The notes under the pieces: model-generated
Databases searched by the model: none
What the model was told of the DNA's origin: nothing
What the model saw: only the letters and a program-made list of their open reading frames with translations
Program-made: the position numbers and the translations under genes
NCBI GenBank assembly: GCA_964587685.1
Contig: CAZPLS010000001.1
Location: 14,134 to 78,133, forward strand
DNA: 64,000 nt
Source of the DNA: an uncultured Dialister sp.
Lineage (GTDB): Bacteria; Bacillota; Negativicutes; Veillonellales; Dialisteraceae
Reading direction: 5' to 3'
In this document: one piece after another, positions 16,849 through 26,436 of the stretch
Position numbering within the stretch: the stretch's first letter is position 1
Layout: each line of letters opens with the position of its first letter

Positions 16849-17945
16849 GATTCTTCCTCTGTAATATCCGCCGCATGGCTCGATGCGGCAATGACCGTGC
16901 CGTCCATACCGGCAAACACAACGCCCACCCGGGCCTTTCCGAAAATATATCGCTCGCTTCTCACCTGCGCCCGCTCCGCCATCTGCTGATAAATGGCTTC
17001 CAGGTGCTCATCGGCTATGATTTTTTCCGCGCCGTCAGTGGTGATGCAGTCCATGATGGCCCGCACCACCTCGCTTCCCGCCCCGTTCAGCGCCGCATAG
17101 GACGCCAGTGTTTCCATCCGGCCGTCGCTGTACCGGTTGTGCGTGTGAAAGCTTCCGGACGCCACCTTGACCAGCTTGCCCATGTGCCCGATGAGAAGGA
17201 GCTTCGTAAATCCCACGGCCACGGCCTGCTCGAGCATGTATCCGATGAAATTGCTCGTCTCTGCAATGGCATCCCGCGGAATGCCCATCCTGGCGGCTGC
17301 ATTTTCTCCTATCCGTCCCGGGGCGAGCACGGCAGTGTGAAAGCCGCATCCTTTTATGACGGAAAGTTGGGGCGCAAGGGACCGCTTGTAGGCATCCTCG
17401 CTCATGGGCTTCACGATCCCCGTAGTGCCCAGCACGGAAATGCCGCCCACTATCCCCATGACAGGATTGAGCGTCTGTTTGGCCAACTCCTCGCCCGCAG
17501 GAATCGATACGGTCACCTCCAGGCCCTTCTCCCGCCCTGCCATTTCCTCATAGACATGACGCATCATGAGCTGCGGCCCCGGATTGATGGCCGGTTTCCC
17601 CACCGGTACCTGCAGGCCCGGCTTTGTCACCGTTCCAACGCCCTTCCCTGCCTTGAGAACCAGTCCGGGCGTACTCTTGTAACGCACCGTAACGACAACG
17701 GGGGTACCATGGGTGCAGTCCAGATCATCTCCCCCGTCCTTCAGTACGGTGGCCGTGCCGATGCCGCCCTCCGCCGAAGCGGACGCCACCGGCACAGTGA
17801 TCTCCACATGCTGCGGTGAAAGAACCGTCACGGTTCGGGGAAATTCGCCGCGAAGGGCGAGGAGCGCCGCCTTCATGGCCGCTGTGGCCGACGCCCCGGT
17901 GGTGTACCCTTCCCGCATGGGCTTTTCCGGATTTGGCGCGTCCAT
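16833..17945 (-). CDS. cbiD: cobalt-precorrin-5B C1-methyltransferase
   Basis: REGYTTGASATAAMKAAL and GISVLGTTGIVKPMS motifs. ATGA overlap with the yajQ stop. Confidence 0.9.
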   Translation of the reverse strand: MDAPNPEKPMREGYTTGASATAAMKAALLALRGEFPRTVTVLSPQHVEITVPVASASAEGGIGTATVLKDGGDDLDCTHGTPVVVTVRYKSTPGLVLKAGKGVGTVTKPGLQVPVGKPAINPGPQLMMRHVYEEMAGREKGLEVTVSIPAGEELAKQTLNPVMGIVGGISVLGTTGIVKPMSEDAYKRSLAPQLSVIKGCGFHTAVLAPGRIGENAAARMGIPRDAIAETSNFIGYMLEQAVAVGFTKLLLIGHMGKLVKVASGSFHTHNRYSDGRMETLASYAALNGAGSEVVRAIMDCITTDGAEKIIADEHLEAIYQQMAERAQVRSERYIFGKARVGVVFAGMDGTVIAASSHAADITEEESWHIV

Positions 17946-18436
17946 CAGCGATAGTTCACAAACTGCAGCTCTGCCGGCAAATCCTGATTTTTCAGGAATG
18001 CAATGGCTTCCTGCAGCGCATCCTTATCTTTCCCGCTTACGCGAAGCTCGTCTCCGTTGATCTTCGCCTGCACCTTGATGCCGGAATTTTTAATGCGCTT
18101 TACAATATCCTTGGCCAGCTCCGCTTCGATGCCGTTTTTAAACGTCAGCACCTGCCGCACCATGCCGCCTGCTGCAGGCTCTTTCTTTCCCTCAGTGATA
18201 TTTTTCAGGGAAATCCCCCGCTTCACCAGCTTGGCATTGACAATTTCCCGGACAAGGCGAAGCTTGAAGTCATCATCGCCGAGAAGTGTCATTGTTTTGT
18301 CCGCCAGCGTCACAGAGCTCTTGCTCCCTTTAAAATCATAACGGGTGCCAATTTCCTTCGCAGCCTGATTGACCGCATTGGCCGCCTCCGCCAAATCCGT
18401 ACGGCACACCACGTCGAACGAATAATCCTTTGCCAT
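17945..18436 (-). CDS. yajQ: YajQ-family nucleotide (cyclic-di-GMP)-binding protein
   Basis: 163 aa. MAKDYSFDVV...RYDFKGS...VQAKINGDELRV pattern of UPF0234/YajQ. Confidence 0.85.
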   Translation of the reverse strand: MAKDYSFDVVCRTDLAEAANAVNQAAKEIGTRYDFKGSKSSVTLADKTMTLLGDDDFKLRLVREIVNAKLVKRGISLKNITEGKKEPAAGGMVRQVLTFKNGIEAELAKDIVKRIKNSGIKVQAKINGDELRVSGKDKDALQEAIAFLKNQDLPAELQFVNYR

Positions 18437-18627
18437 CCCAAATCCTCCCAGTCCGTAAAATTTTTAAGCCTGTTGAAAATGCCTGCCACTTACCTGCATC
18501 GCTTTTTTATTATATATGGCTCATCCGTTTTTTTCTACCACCTCGGTACAAGCCCCAGCCCTGCCCGGTTCTGCCGGTATCACAAGCCTGCGAGCGAGAA
18601 AAGGATAACCAGGAGATTCATACACAG

Positions 18628-18660
18628 CAAAAGGCGAAACCCATACCATTTCGCCTTTTG
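18628..18660 (-). terminator. intrinsic terminator after the rhodanese gene
   Basis: AAAAGGCGAAA/TTTCGCCTTTT stem with a U-run on the minus strand. Confidence 0.65.
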
Positions 18661-18716
18661 CGTACGCTGTGAACTTAGGGCAGCAACAAGGCGCCTTTCT
18701 GCAGATGCCCGCTCCT

Positions 18717-19109
18717 TTACGGATTGGATCCGCGGACGATTTCATAAGGCCAATCGATAATGCCTCCGAATTCCGCCACATTGGCATATCCCAGATCCGC
18801 CAGTTTCTCTGCACCCATTTTGCTGCGTCTTCCGCTCCGGCAGTATACCAGCACCTCTGTCTCCTTATCCGGTATAACTGCCGCGGCATTTTCCTCAGAA
18901 ATCGTACCGAGCGGAAGGAGCCTCGCTCCGGGCACATGACCCTCGCTGTATTCCGCCGGCTCCCGCACATCCACAATCACGGCGCCGTCGGTCATTCTTC
19001 CTCTGGCTTCCTGCGGAGAAATGGATTCATACGGGGCGGCACCGCTCAACATGCTGCATCCAGCCAGTCCAAGTGCCATCACACAACCCAATGACCAGTT
19101 CATTTTCAT
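18717..19109 (-). CDS. rhodanese-like domain lipoprotein
   Basis: Lipobox LAGC-S. DVREPAEYSEGHVPGA and the active-site loop YCRSGRRS. Confidence 0.8.
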   Translation of the reverse strand: MKMNWSLGCVMALGLAGCSMLSGAAPYESISPQEARGRMTDGAVIVDVREPAEYSEGHVPGARLLPLGTISEENAAAVIPDKETEVLVYCRSGRRSKMGAEKLADLGYANVAEFGGIIDWPYEIVRGSNP

Positions 19110-19235
19110 AGCGCCTCTTTTTTTGACATGTCTCCTAAACCGTTCTCATTATATAATAAATTCAAATTTTTGAATATACCCATTGCCGTATATTTCTCCT
19201 GCGCCAATTCCCCATGAGTCACACCCGGTTCCCGG

Positions 19236-19985
19236 TCATTCTCCCTCCATCTCCGGGAGAAACTTCCAGTACTTCATCGGCATGAATGACCGGCGAAGGG
19301 CCGGATTCCGCCGCGCCTCCACCGCGATATGCCGGTAATAGGTCTGCCAGAGGCTGCGGAAATTCTGCTCATTCGCGCTGTCTGGCAAGCTCTCCTCCCG
19401 CACAGGCACCTCCCCAAGGAGGAGTTCCTGTCCATCCCAGTACAAGGCGCGGCGGCGGCGCACGTCGTGGATGGCCCATGGGTTTTGACCAAGGCGCTTT
19501 CGAAAATGCGGGCCCAGCAGGGGAAGCACATCGTGGGTGGGTGCGATTTCTGCATAGAGCAGTCCCTCTTCCAGCTCGCGAAAACGAACCAGCCCAAGGA
19601 GCTTCCCCGCTTCCGCGCCCGTACGCTGCGCCCACTGAAACACCGTCCACATCCATGGTTCGGCCCGCCTGGCATAGATCTCCTTTTTCAGGCGAAATCC
19701 TTCCTTTACATAATGGAATAGAACGTCCCCTCGTCCAGCCTCCTCCGCCAGAAATGCGCGGTACAGCCACTGAGAGGCCGCCCGGCCGCAGTCCCTGTAA
19801 AACGCGGCGGCCACCCTTTCCGCCAGGTCCGGCCGGGTTTCCACCCGCTTTTCTTCCGAAAACAACCCTGCCGAATGGCAGTCCTCACCAATATGCTCCG
19901 TATGGCTGGTCCCGTCGTGGTATGCTTCGTAAACTGCGCAGAGAAATCCGGAAAAGGTTCCATCGTACCAATAATTCATTGTCAC
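19236..19985 (-). CDS. probable DNA metabolism protein, DUF4130 (TIGR03915-like) partner of the radical SAM protein
   Basis: 249 aa. YDGTFSGFLCAVYEAY N-terminus typical of the family. ATGA overlap with the upstream radical SAM gene. Confidence 0.75.
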   Translation of the reverse strand: MTMNYWYDGTFSGFLCAVYEAYHDGTSHTEHIGEDCHSAGLFSEEKRVETRPDLAERVAAAFYRDCGRAASQWLYRAFLAEEAGRGDVLFHYVKEGFRLKKEIYARRAEPWMWTVFQWAQRTGAEAGKLLGLVRFRELEEGLLYAEIAPTHDVLPLLGPHFRKRLGQNPWAIHDVRRRRALYWDGQELLLGEVPVREESLPDSANEQNFRSLWQTYYRHIAVEARRNPALRRSFMPMKYWKFLPEMEGE

Positions 19986-21238
19986 ACCTGTCCTTCAAAC
20001 AGACTCATTTCCTCCATGGCCCGCTGCTCCTTCTGCGACAGCAAGTCCCGCCGCAGGGACAAAGTATCCCCGCCGCCGTAATATCGGCCGCCCACGGTGA
20101 GAAAATGGCGGGCCCTCTTCCACACGAGGCCGATCCGACGCAAACTATCCACGGACAGCCATCCGTACCGGCGCAGGTTGACGATGCGCAGCGCGGACTG
20201 CACACCGATGCCGGGAACACGCAGGAGCATCTCATAGGATGCCCGGTTCACTTCCACGGGAAACTGGCTCCGATGCCGCAGAGCCCACAGCGCCTTGGGA
20301 TCCATAGTGAGATCAAAATCAGGGGCCGACTCCGGCGCCAGCTCATCCGCCGTGAAGTGGTAAAACCGAAGCAGCCAGTCCGCCTGATAGAGCCTGTTTT
20401 CCCTGAGAAGAGGCGGCTGGGACACCGCGGGAAGATGCTTTCCCGCCATGACAGGCACATAGGCGGAATAATAGACCCGCTTGAGCCCCACCGCCCGGTA
20501 CAGCCCCTCGCTGAGGTGCAGAATCTGCCGGTCGCTCTCCCCGCTCGCCCCGACAATGAGCTGCGTCGTCTGCCCTGCGGGCACAAAAGATTCGCTGCGG
20601 CGCCCCTTCTTTTCCGCTTTCTTCTCCTCCAGTCGTTCATGAATGAATGCCATGGGCGACAAAATGGCTTTCCTTGATTTCTCCGGCGCCAGGAGGCGCA
20701 GCGACCGCTCCGACGGGAGCTCCATATTGACGCTCATCCGGTCCACATACCGTCCCAACTCGTCTATCAGGCGCACATCTGCCCCCGGAATGGCCTTCAT
20801 ATGAATGTACCCGTTGAAGTACTCCCGTTTCCGCAGGAGTTTGGCTGTCTGAATCAGAAGCTCTGTGGTGTAATCCGGCGAACGGATAATGCCCGAACTC
20901 AGGAAGAGTCCTTCAATGTAGTTCCTGCGGTAAAATTCCATGGTAATGCGAGTGATTTCCTCCGGGGACAGGATGGCCCGGGGCGTGTCATGGCTCCTGC
21001 GGTTCACGCAGTACTCGCAGTCATACATGCACATATTGGTCATGAGAATTTTCAACAGGGAAATACACCGTCCATCGGCGGCCCAGGAATGACAAATCCC
21101 CGCATAGCTCGCGCTGCCGGTGCCGCCGGGGCGATTCTTTCGATTCGACCCGCTCGAGGAGCAGGATACATCGTACTTCGCCGCATCCGCCAGGATGGCC
21201 AGCTTCTCCGCCATTTCCATTCGCATCTTCCTCTCCAA
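19982..21238 (-). CDS. putative DNA modification/repair radical SAM protein (TIGR03916-like) with C-terminal helix-hairpin-helix region
   Basis: AAKYDVSCSSSG N-terminus, CMYDCEYCVN radical-SAM cluster motif, LLRVPGIGVQSALRIV HhH-like motif. Several in-frame ATGs near the start. Confidence 0.8.
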   Translation of the reverse strand: MERKMRMEMAEKLAILADAAKYDVSCSSSGSNRKNRPGGTGSASYAGICHSWAADGRCISLLKILMTNMCMYDCEYCVNRRSHDTPRAILSPEEITRITMEFYRRNYIEGLFLSSGIIRSPDYTTELLIQTAKLLRKREYFNGYIHMKAIPGADVRLIDELGRYVDRMSVNMELPSERSLRLLAPEKSRKAILSPMAFIHERLEEKKAEKKGRRSESFVPAGQTTQLIVGASGESDRQILHLSEGLYRAVGLKRVYYSAYVPVMAGKHLPAVSQPPLLRENRLYQADWLLRFYHFTADELAPESAPDFDLTMDPKALWALRHRSQFPVEVNRASYEMLLRVPGIGVQSALRIVNLRRYGWLSVDSLRRIGLVWKRARHFLTVGGRYYGGGDTLSLRRDLLSQKEQRAMEEMSLFEGQV

Positions 21239-21439
21239 ACATTTTTTCTATTCTAACATGTATAGAAACTTTGTTCCATCCCATAAGCAAGATTTTTCAT
21301 CTCCGGCAGAACGTACCGAAAAGGGACCTGCTCCTTTTCCCGGCAGGTAAAAATCAGAAACCGCTCCACCTATGGCGCTGGCTGGAATGGCTCCTGTCAG
21401 GCGCAGTCAATCAGTGCTCCCAATCCTCTGAAGGCAATA

Positions 21440-21485
21440 AAAAAACGCGGCCTGCCGATTCGGCTGTCAGCAGGCAGCGTTTTTC
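21440..21485 (-). terminator. intrinsic terminator after citC
   Basis: About 11-bp stem with one mismatch (ACGCGGCCTGC/GCAGGCAGCGT), followed by a T7 run on the minus strand. Confidence 0.6.
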
Positions 21486-21496
21486 ATAGATTACTG

Positions 21497-22543
21497 TTAA
21501 ATTTTCTGACCAAGGCTCGCCATGAGCTTCATTTTATGAATAATTGCCTCACCGGCCTCGCTCCGGAGGTAATCCAGCGTGGTGCGGGGCACCATACGGC
21601 GCACCGTTTCCCAATCGTCTTCCACCAGGGCCCGGCGTACCGATGACGCGCTCACGACCTGTTCGCCTTTTTGCTGGCGCGGGATAATTTTCAGCTCAAT
21701 ACCGTTCGTTCCAAACACTTCCTTCATCGCTCTGTTGTACGCCAGCGTGGTTTTGTCGGAAGGCTCATCCCCCACGAAACGCACCGTGATGTTAAGCGCC
21801 GGAGCGATACGCGTAGCAAAGACGGTCGCGTCCAGTTTCGTCTGCGCCGCCAGCTCCTGCGTCCCCTTGATGAAGTATGTCGGGAACGTGGCGTTGGAAA
21901 TAATGTAATCGCCGCCGCTCACAATCTGCACGCTCTTCATGTCCTGCACGCCCTGTTTCATGAGCGAAATACGGGTGGAGAACGGGAAAATGGAGCGGTC
22001 CTCCTGTACGGCGAAAATAATGACTTCATCGCAGTTGTTCACGGCGTATTCCACCAGAGAGCGGTGTCCCAGGGTGAAGGGGTTGCAGTTCATGACGATG
22101 GCGCCGCGGTTGCGCCCCTCGCCAGTGCCGAGAACCGGGCGAATGCGGTTTAAATATTCCTCCAGCGTATTCTGTCCCTTTTCAAGAAGGGCTGCGTAAG
22201 GCTCGGCCACGCTCACCAGCTTGAACCCCATGTGCTCGAACACGGGCACGTTCTGGGGCTTCGTAAAAATCTGGTTACCCGTGATGCCGCGCCGATGAGA
22301 CTCCCCTTCCAGATTGCGGATAATGCGGTGGGTGAGCCCTTTGTGCTGGTAGTCCTCGGAAATGGCAATATCCCGAAGCACCCGGCCGCCCAGGGAGCCT
22401 GTACCAATCAATTTTCCATCATCAAAAAGGCCCATTGTATAATCAATATTACCCGTAAATGTTAAGTCAAATCCCTTGAGGTATTCCTCAACCTGTGCCT
22501 TTGCCTGCGGGTCAGTCAGGAAAATTTCCTGTTCTGTGATCAT
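21497..22543 (-). CDS. citC: [citrate (pro-3S)-lyase] ligase
   Basis: 348 aa. N-terminal GNAT-like part plus a cytidylyltransferase-like core (IVMNCNPFTLGHRSLVE, ISNATFPTYF, RFVGDEP). Confidence 0.85.
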   Translation of the reverse strand: MITEQEIFLTDPQAKAQVEEYLKGFDLTFTGNIDYTMGLFDDGKLIGTGSLGGRVLRDIAISEDYQHKGLTHRIIRNLEGESHRRGITGNQIFTKPQNVPVFEHMGFKLVSVAEPYAALLEKGQNTLEEYLNRIRPVLGTGEGRNRGAIVMNCNPFTLGHRSLVEYAVNNCDEVIIFAVQEDRSIFPFSTRISLMKQGVQDMKSVQIVSGGDYIISNATFPTYFIKGTQELAAQTKLDATVFATRIAPALNITVRFVGDEPSDKTTLAYNRAMKEVFGTNGIELKIIPRQQKGEQVVSASSVRRALVEDDWETVRRMVPRTTLDYLRSEAGEAIIHKMKLMASLGQKI

Positions 22544-22642
22544 CGTATGCCTCCTTCAGAAATTCTTTGTTATGCAAAAAAGTAAATCATTCATGACAAA
22601 ATTTGCCATGGCCTTATTATAGCAGATGTACGCTCATAAAGC

Positions 22643-22691
22643 AAAAAAGGATTCTATTTCGGAAAAATATTCCATCTTTCCGAAATAGAAT
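22643..22691 (-). terminator. intrinsic terminator after tatD
   Basis: 15-bp perfect stem ATTCTATTTCGGAAA/TTTCCGAAATAGAAT, followed by CCTTTTTT on the minus strand. Confidence 0.7.
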
Positions 22692-22743
22692 ACCTCTTTT
22701 ATTCTATGAGTGTATCAAATACTTGAATCTGACACCTGCCCTG

Positions 22744-23517
22744 TTATTCCTTAATCTGATAAATATTCAGGGCGTTTTTGCTTGTCGCCTCAATCACTGT
22801 CTCCACAGGAAGATCCTTCAGGCGGGCAATTTCCTGCGCCACGTACTGCACCTTTGACGGGTCATTTCTGCGCCCGCGGAAGGGAGGCGGCGTCAGGTAC
22901 GGGCTATCCGTTTCCACCAGCATCCGGTCCAGCGGCACCTCTTTCGCCACTTCCTTGAGCTTGGTGCTCTTCGGAAACACCACCGGCCCGGCAAAGGAAA
23001 TGTAAAATCCCATCCGGATTAGCTCTTTTGCCATTTCCAGGCTCCCGCTGTAGCAGTGAAGGATGCCCCGAAGGCGCGGCGTTTGGTGCTCCTTCAGAAT
23101 CTGCACCGTGTCGCCGTGGGCGTCCCGATCATGAATGATGATGGGCAGATCCAGCTCCGCCGCCAGATCTATCTGGCGACCGAACCATTCCTTCTGCGTC
23201 GTCTCATCGCTGTAGAAGTAGTAGTAATCGAGGCCAATTTCTCCAATGGCCACGATTTTTCTGTGCTGTTGTGCCAGCTCGCGGATAGCCGCAAGCTCCT
23301 CCTCGGTGGCCTTCGATGTCAGATGGGGATGGATGCCTGCCGCGGCGTACACATGGGGGTACTGCTCCGCGATGGCCAGTGCTTTCCGACTCGATTCCAG
23401 GTCCTCAGCCGGGCACACCACGTAATCGCACACATCCCATACCGCTTCCATCATGGATTCCCGGTCATTGTCAAAGGCCTTGTCATAAACATGTGCATGC
23501 GAATCAAAGAGTTTCAT
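22744..23517 (-). CDS. tatD: TatD-family metal-dependent hydrolase/DNase
   Basis: MKLFDSHAH...GEIGLDYYY...HDRDAH...VETDSPYL motifs. Conserved position after metG. Confidence 0.9.
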   Translation of the reverse strand: MKLFDSHAHVYDKAFDNDRESMMEAVWDVCDYVVCPAEDLESSRKALAIAEQYPHVYAAAGIHPHLTSKATEEELAAIRELAQQHRKIVAIGEIGLDYYYFYSDETTQKEWFGRQIDLAAELDLPIIIHDRDAHGDTVQILKEHQTPRLRGILHCYSGSLEMAKELIRMGFYISFAGPVVFPKSTKLKEVAKEVPLDRMLVETDSPYLTPPPFRGRRNDPSKVQYVAQEIARLKDLPVETVIEATSKNALNIYQIKE

Positions 23518-23518
23518 T

Positions 23519-25462
23519 TCACTTCACTCGGCTTCCTGCGGGCATATCGACAAAGGGAACGGTGAGCTGCCCATCCTTTGATGCAGCAAGAATCATCCCC
23601 TGCGATTCGATGCCCATCAGTTTGGCAGGCTTGAGATTGGCCACGAATATGACATGCTTTCCCACCAGGTCTTCGGGACGGTAGTACTGGGCAATGCCGC
23701 TCACCACGGTACGCGTTTCATTCCCAAGGGATACGGTCATTTTAATGAGCTTCTTCGACTTTTTCACTGCCTCCGCCGTAAGGATTTCCGCAATGCGCAG
23801 GTCGGTGCGGAAAAAGTCGTCTATGGTAATCTGAGGAAGCGTCGGCTCCTCCGGCTCCGCCTTCTTTTCTTTCTGTTTAGCGACAGATGCCGGTTCTGCC
23901 TCAGACTCTTCCTCCACTTCAATGCGCGGGAAAATCTGCTCACCCTTCTTCGTCTCTGTTCCCTCCGGCAGCTGGCCCCATACCGCGTCAGCAAGGAGTG
24001 CGCCCTTGAAATTGGTCAGTCCGAGCTGGTTCCAGATTTTCTCTGCCGCAATGGGGATGACCGGCTCCGCCAGGATGGCCGTGATCCGGAGTCCTTCGCA
24101 AAGGTGGTACAGCACGGCATCAAGAAGAGGCGCTTTCTGCGGATCCTTCGCCAGTATCCACGGTGCCGTCACATCAATGTACTTATTCAAAGACCGCACA
24201 AAGGTCCATACCGCCTTCAGTGCGTCATTAATCTTCCATTCCTCCATGCCCTTCCGATATGCCTGCAGTGCTTCCGCCGCATGGTTCTCCACCTGTCGGG
24301 ATGCTTCAAGGATCACTTCATCGCCTGCCGCATCGCCCCGGACGACACAACCTGCGCGGTACTTCTCTGCCATGGACAGCGTCCGGTACAGCAAATTGCC
24401 CAAGTCGTTGGACAAATCGGAATTGATCCGGCTGATGAAGCGGTCCCGGCTGAAGTTGCCATCCTGTCCCAGCTGAATATCATTGAGGAGGTAGTACCGG
24501 ATGGCATCGGAGCCGAATTCCTGCAGAAGCGGAAGGGGATCCACCACATTGCCCTTTGATTTGGACATCTTTTCTCCGTCCACGATGAGCCAGCCATGAC
24601 CGTACACCATTTTCGGCATTTCAATGCCCAGGCTCATGAGCATGATCGGCCATATAATGGTATGAAAACGGACAATTTCCTTGCCCACGAGGTGAACATC
24701 TGCCGGCCAGAAGGTTTTGAATTTTTCCGGATTATCCAAAATGCCTGCCGCAGTGAGGTAGTTCACCAGCGCGTCAAACCATACGTACACCACATGCTTC
24801 GTGTCAAAGGGCACGGGAATCCCCCAGGAAAAGCTGGTGCGGGACACGCAGAGATCCTCGAGGCCGCTCTTCACGAACTGAATCATTTCATTTCTGCGGG
24901 ACGCGGGCTGAATGAAGTCCGGGTGGTCTTCCACATACTGCATCCACCGATCCGCATACTTCGACATTTTGAAGAAATAGGCTTCCTCGCTCACCCGCTG
25001 CAGAGGGCGTCCGCAGTCCGGGCAGAGATGGTTCTCATCCAGTTTATTTTCCGGCCAGAAAGATTCGCAGGGCACACAGTACCAGCCCTCATACTTGCCC
25101 TTGTAAATGTCTCCGTTGTCGTAGGCCCTCTGGAAGAGCATCTGCACCACTTTTTTGTGACGCTCCTCCGTGGTGCGGATGAAGTCGTCATTGGAAATGT
25201 TCAATTCCTTCCAGAGCTGCTGGAACATGCTCACCACCTGGGTGGTGTATTCCAGGGGCGTAACGCCTGCCTCCTCGGCCTTTTGTTCAATTTTCTGGCC
25301 GTGCTCATCCGAACCGGTAAGGAAAAACACTTCGTCTCCTGCCAGGCGGTGGTACCGCGCTACGCAGTCGGCAATGGTCGTGCAATAGGTATGACCAATG
25401 TGGAGCTTTGCACTGGGATAGTAAATCGGTGTGGTAATGAAGTACTTCTGTTTGTCAGACAT
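23519..25462 (-). CDS. metG: methionine--tRNA ligase (with C-terminal tRNA-binding domain)
   Basis: Start trimmed to MSDKQKYFITTPIYYPSAKLHIGH behind GGGAGGA. HIGH and KMSKS motifs, CPDCG zinc knuckle. Confidence 0.95.
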   Translation of the reverse strand: MSDKQKYFITTPIYYPSAKLHIGHTYCTTIADCVARYHRLAGDEVFFLTGSDEHGQKIEQKAEEAGVTPLEYTTQVVSMFQQLWKELNISNDDFIRTTEERHKKVVQMLFQRAYDNGDIYKGKYEGWYCVPCESFWPENKLDENHLCPDCGRPLQRVSEEAYFFKMSKYADRWMQYVEDHPDFIQPASRRNEMIQFVKSGLEDLCVSRTSFSWGIPVPFDTKHVVYVWFDALVNYLTAAGILDNPEKFKTFWPADVHLVGKEIVRFHTIIWPIMLMSLGIEMPKMVYGHGWLIVDGEKMSKSKGNVVDPLPLLQEFGSDAIRYYLLNDIQLGQDGNFSRDRFISRINSDLSNDLGNLLYRTLSMAEKYRAGCVVRGDAAGDEVILEASRQVENHAAEALQAYRKGMEEWKINDALKAVWTFVRSLNKYIDVTAPWILAKDPQKAPLLDAVLYHLCEGLRITAILAEPVIPIAAEKIWNQLGLTNFKGALLADAVWGQLPEGTETKKGEQIFPRIEVEEESEAEPASVAKQKEKKAEPEEPTLPQITIDDFFRTDLRIAEILTAEAVKKSKKLIKMTVSLGNETRTVVSGIAQYYRPEDLVGKHVIFVANLKPAKLMGIESQGMILAASKDGQLTVPFVDMPAGSRVK

Positions 25463-25578
25463 GTTGCATCCTCCCTGTTTGCGTTCGTATTGTTTCATTA
25501 TACCGCACTTGTGAACAGAATGGGAATTCCTCCCGCCATGGAAAAACCTGACCCTGCATGCGCAAGATCAGGTTTTCT

Positions 25579-26427
25579 TTACGTTTCTTTGGCCGCCTGA
25601 AGAAGAAACTGATACACCTCCCGGCGGGAGCGGTTCCACTTCACGGAGATTTGCCGCGCCGCCTCCTTCAGGGACATCTCCTCCGCCAGGGCGAGCGCCT
25701 CCTCCTGCCAGCTCACCTGTGGCGCCGATTCCTCCTGTTTGCCTGTAAAGCCCTCCACAAGCACCACATATTCCCCGCGGGGCGGCTCCTCCGCGAGCTT
25801 TGCCAGAATGTCCGACAGGGACGCGCGCCGGAAGGTTTCAAATTTTTTTGTAAGCTCTCTCGCAGTAACGGCCTGCCTGTCTCCAAGCGCCTCCAGCAGG
25901 ATGCCCAAAGTCTCCTTCAGACGGTGCGGCGCTTCGTAAAAAATAAGTGTGAAGGGAATGGTTTTCACCGCATCCAGAAGCTCCCTTCGATTGGCGGCGT
26001 TTCTGGGCAGGAATCCGATGAAAACAAACTGCCTCGCGTCGAGTCCCGAAGCAATGAGCGCCGTGAGAGCCGCATTGGGGCCGGGCAGGGGCACCACGGG
26101 AATGTGCTCCGCCAGAGCCTGACGCACCAGCTCCGCCCCGGGGTCGGAAATAACCGGCATGCCTGCGTCGCTCACCTGGGCCACTGATTTTCCTTCCTTC
26201 AGCGCCGCGATGAGCTTCGGCCCCATCTCCTTTTTGTTGTGCTCATGATAGGATACCACGGGCCGCTCAATGCCCAGGTGCTGCAGAAGGATGCGCGTGT
26301 GCCGCGTATCCTCACAGGCCAGAATATCCGCCTGACCAAGCAGGGAGACTGCCCGCGCCGTCACATCAGCCAGATTGCCGATGGGTGTGGGCACCAGGTA
26401 AAGTGTTCCTCCCATAACCTCTTCCAT
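25579..26427 (-). CDS. rsmI: 16S rRNA (cytidine1402-2'-O)-methyltransferase
   Basis: GTLYLVPTPIGNLADVT...ILACEDTRHT...VSDAGMPVISDPG motifs. Confidence 0.9.
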   Translation of the reverse strand: MEEVMGGTLYLVPTPIGNLADVTARAVSLLGQADILACEDTRHTRILLQHLGIERPVVSYHEHNKKEMGPKLIAALKEGKSVAQVSDAGMPVISDPGAELVRQALAEHIPVVPLPGPNAALTALIASGLDARQFVFIGFLPRNAANRRELLDAVKTIPFTLIFYEAPHRLKETLGILLEALGDRQAVTARELTKKFETFRRASLSDILAKLAEEPPRGEYVVLVEGFTGKQEESAPQVSWQEEALALAEEMSLKEAARQISVKWNRSRREVYQFLLQAAKET

Positions 26428-26436
26428 AGTTCCTCC

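Noticed and set aside
18437-18716. Cobalamin riboswitch upstream of the yajQ-cbi operon
   Set aside because: I looked on the minus strand for the B12 box (GCCACTG-like) and the GGUG...AAUCC core and found neither. The only clear element is the rhodanese terminator. This is left as a computational check, not called.
25463-25578. Met T-box ahead of metG
   Set aside because: The intergenic region is about 115 nt and is mostly occupied by the rsmI terminator (25541-25575). No AGAGA or T-box sequence is present.
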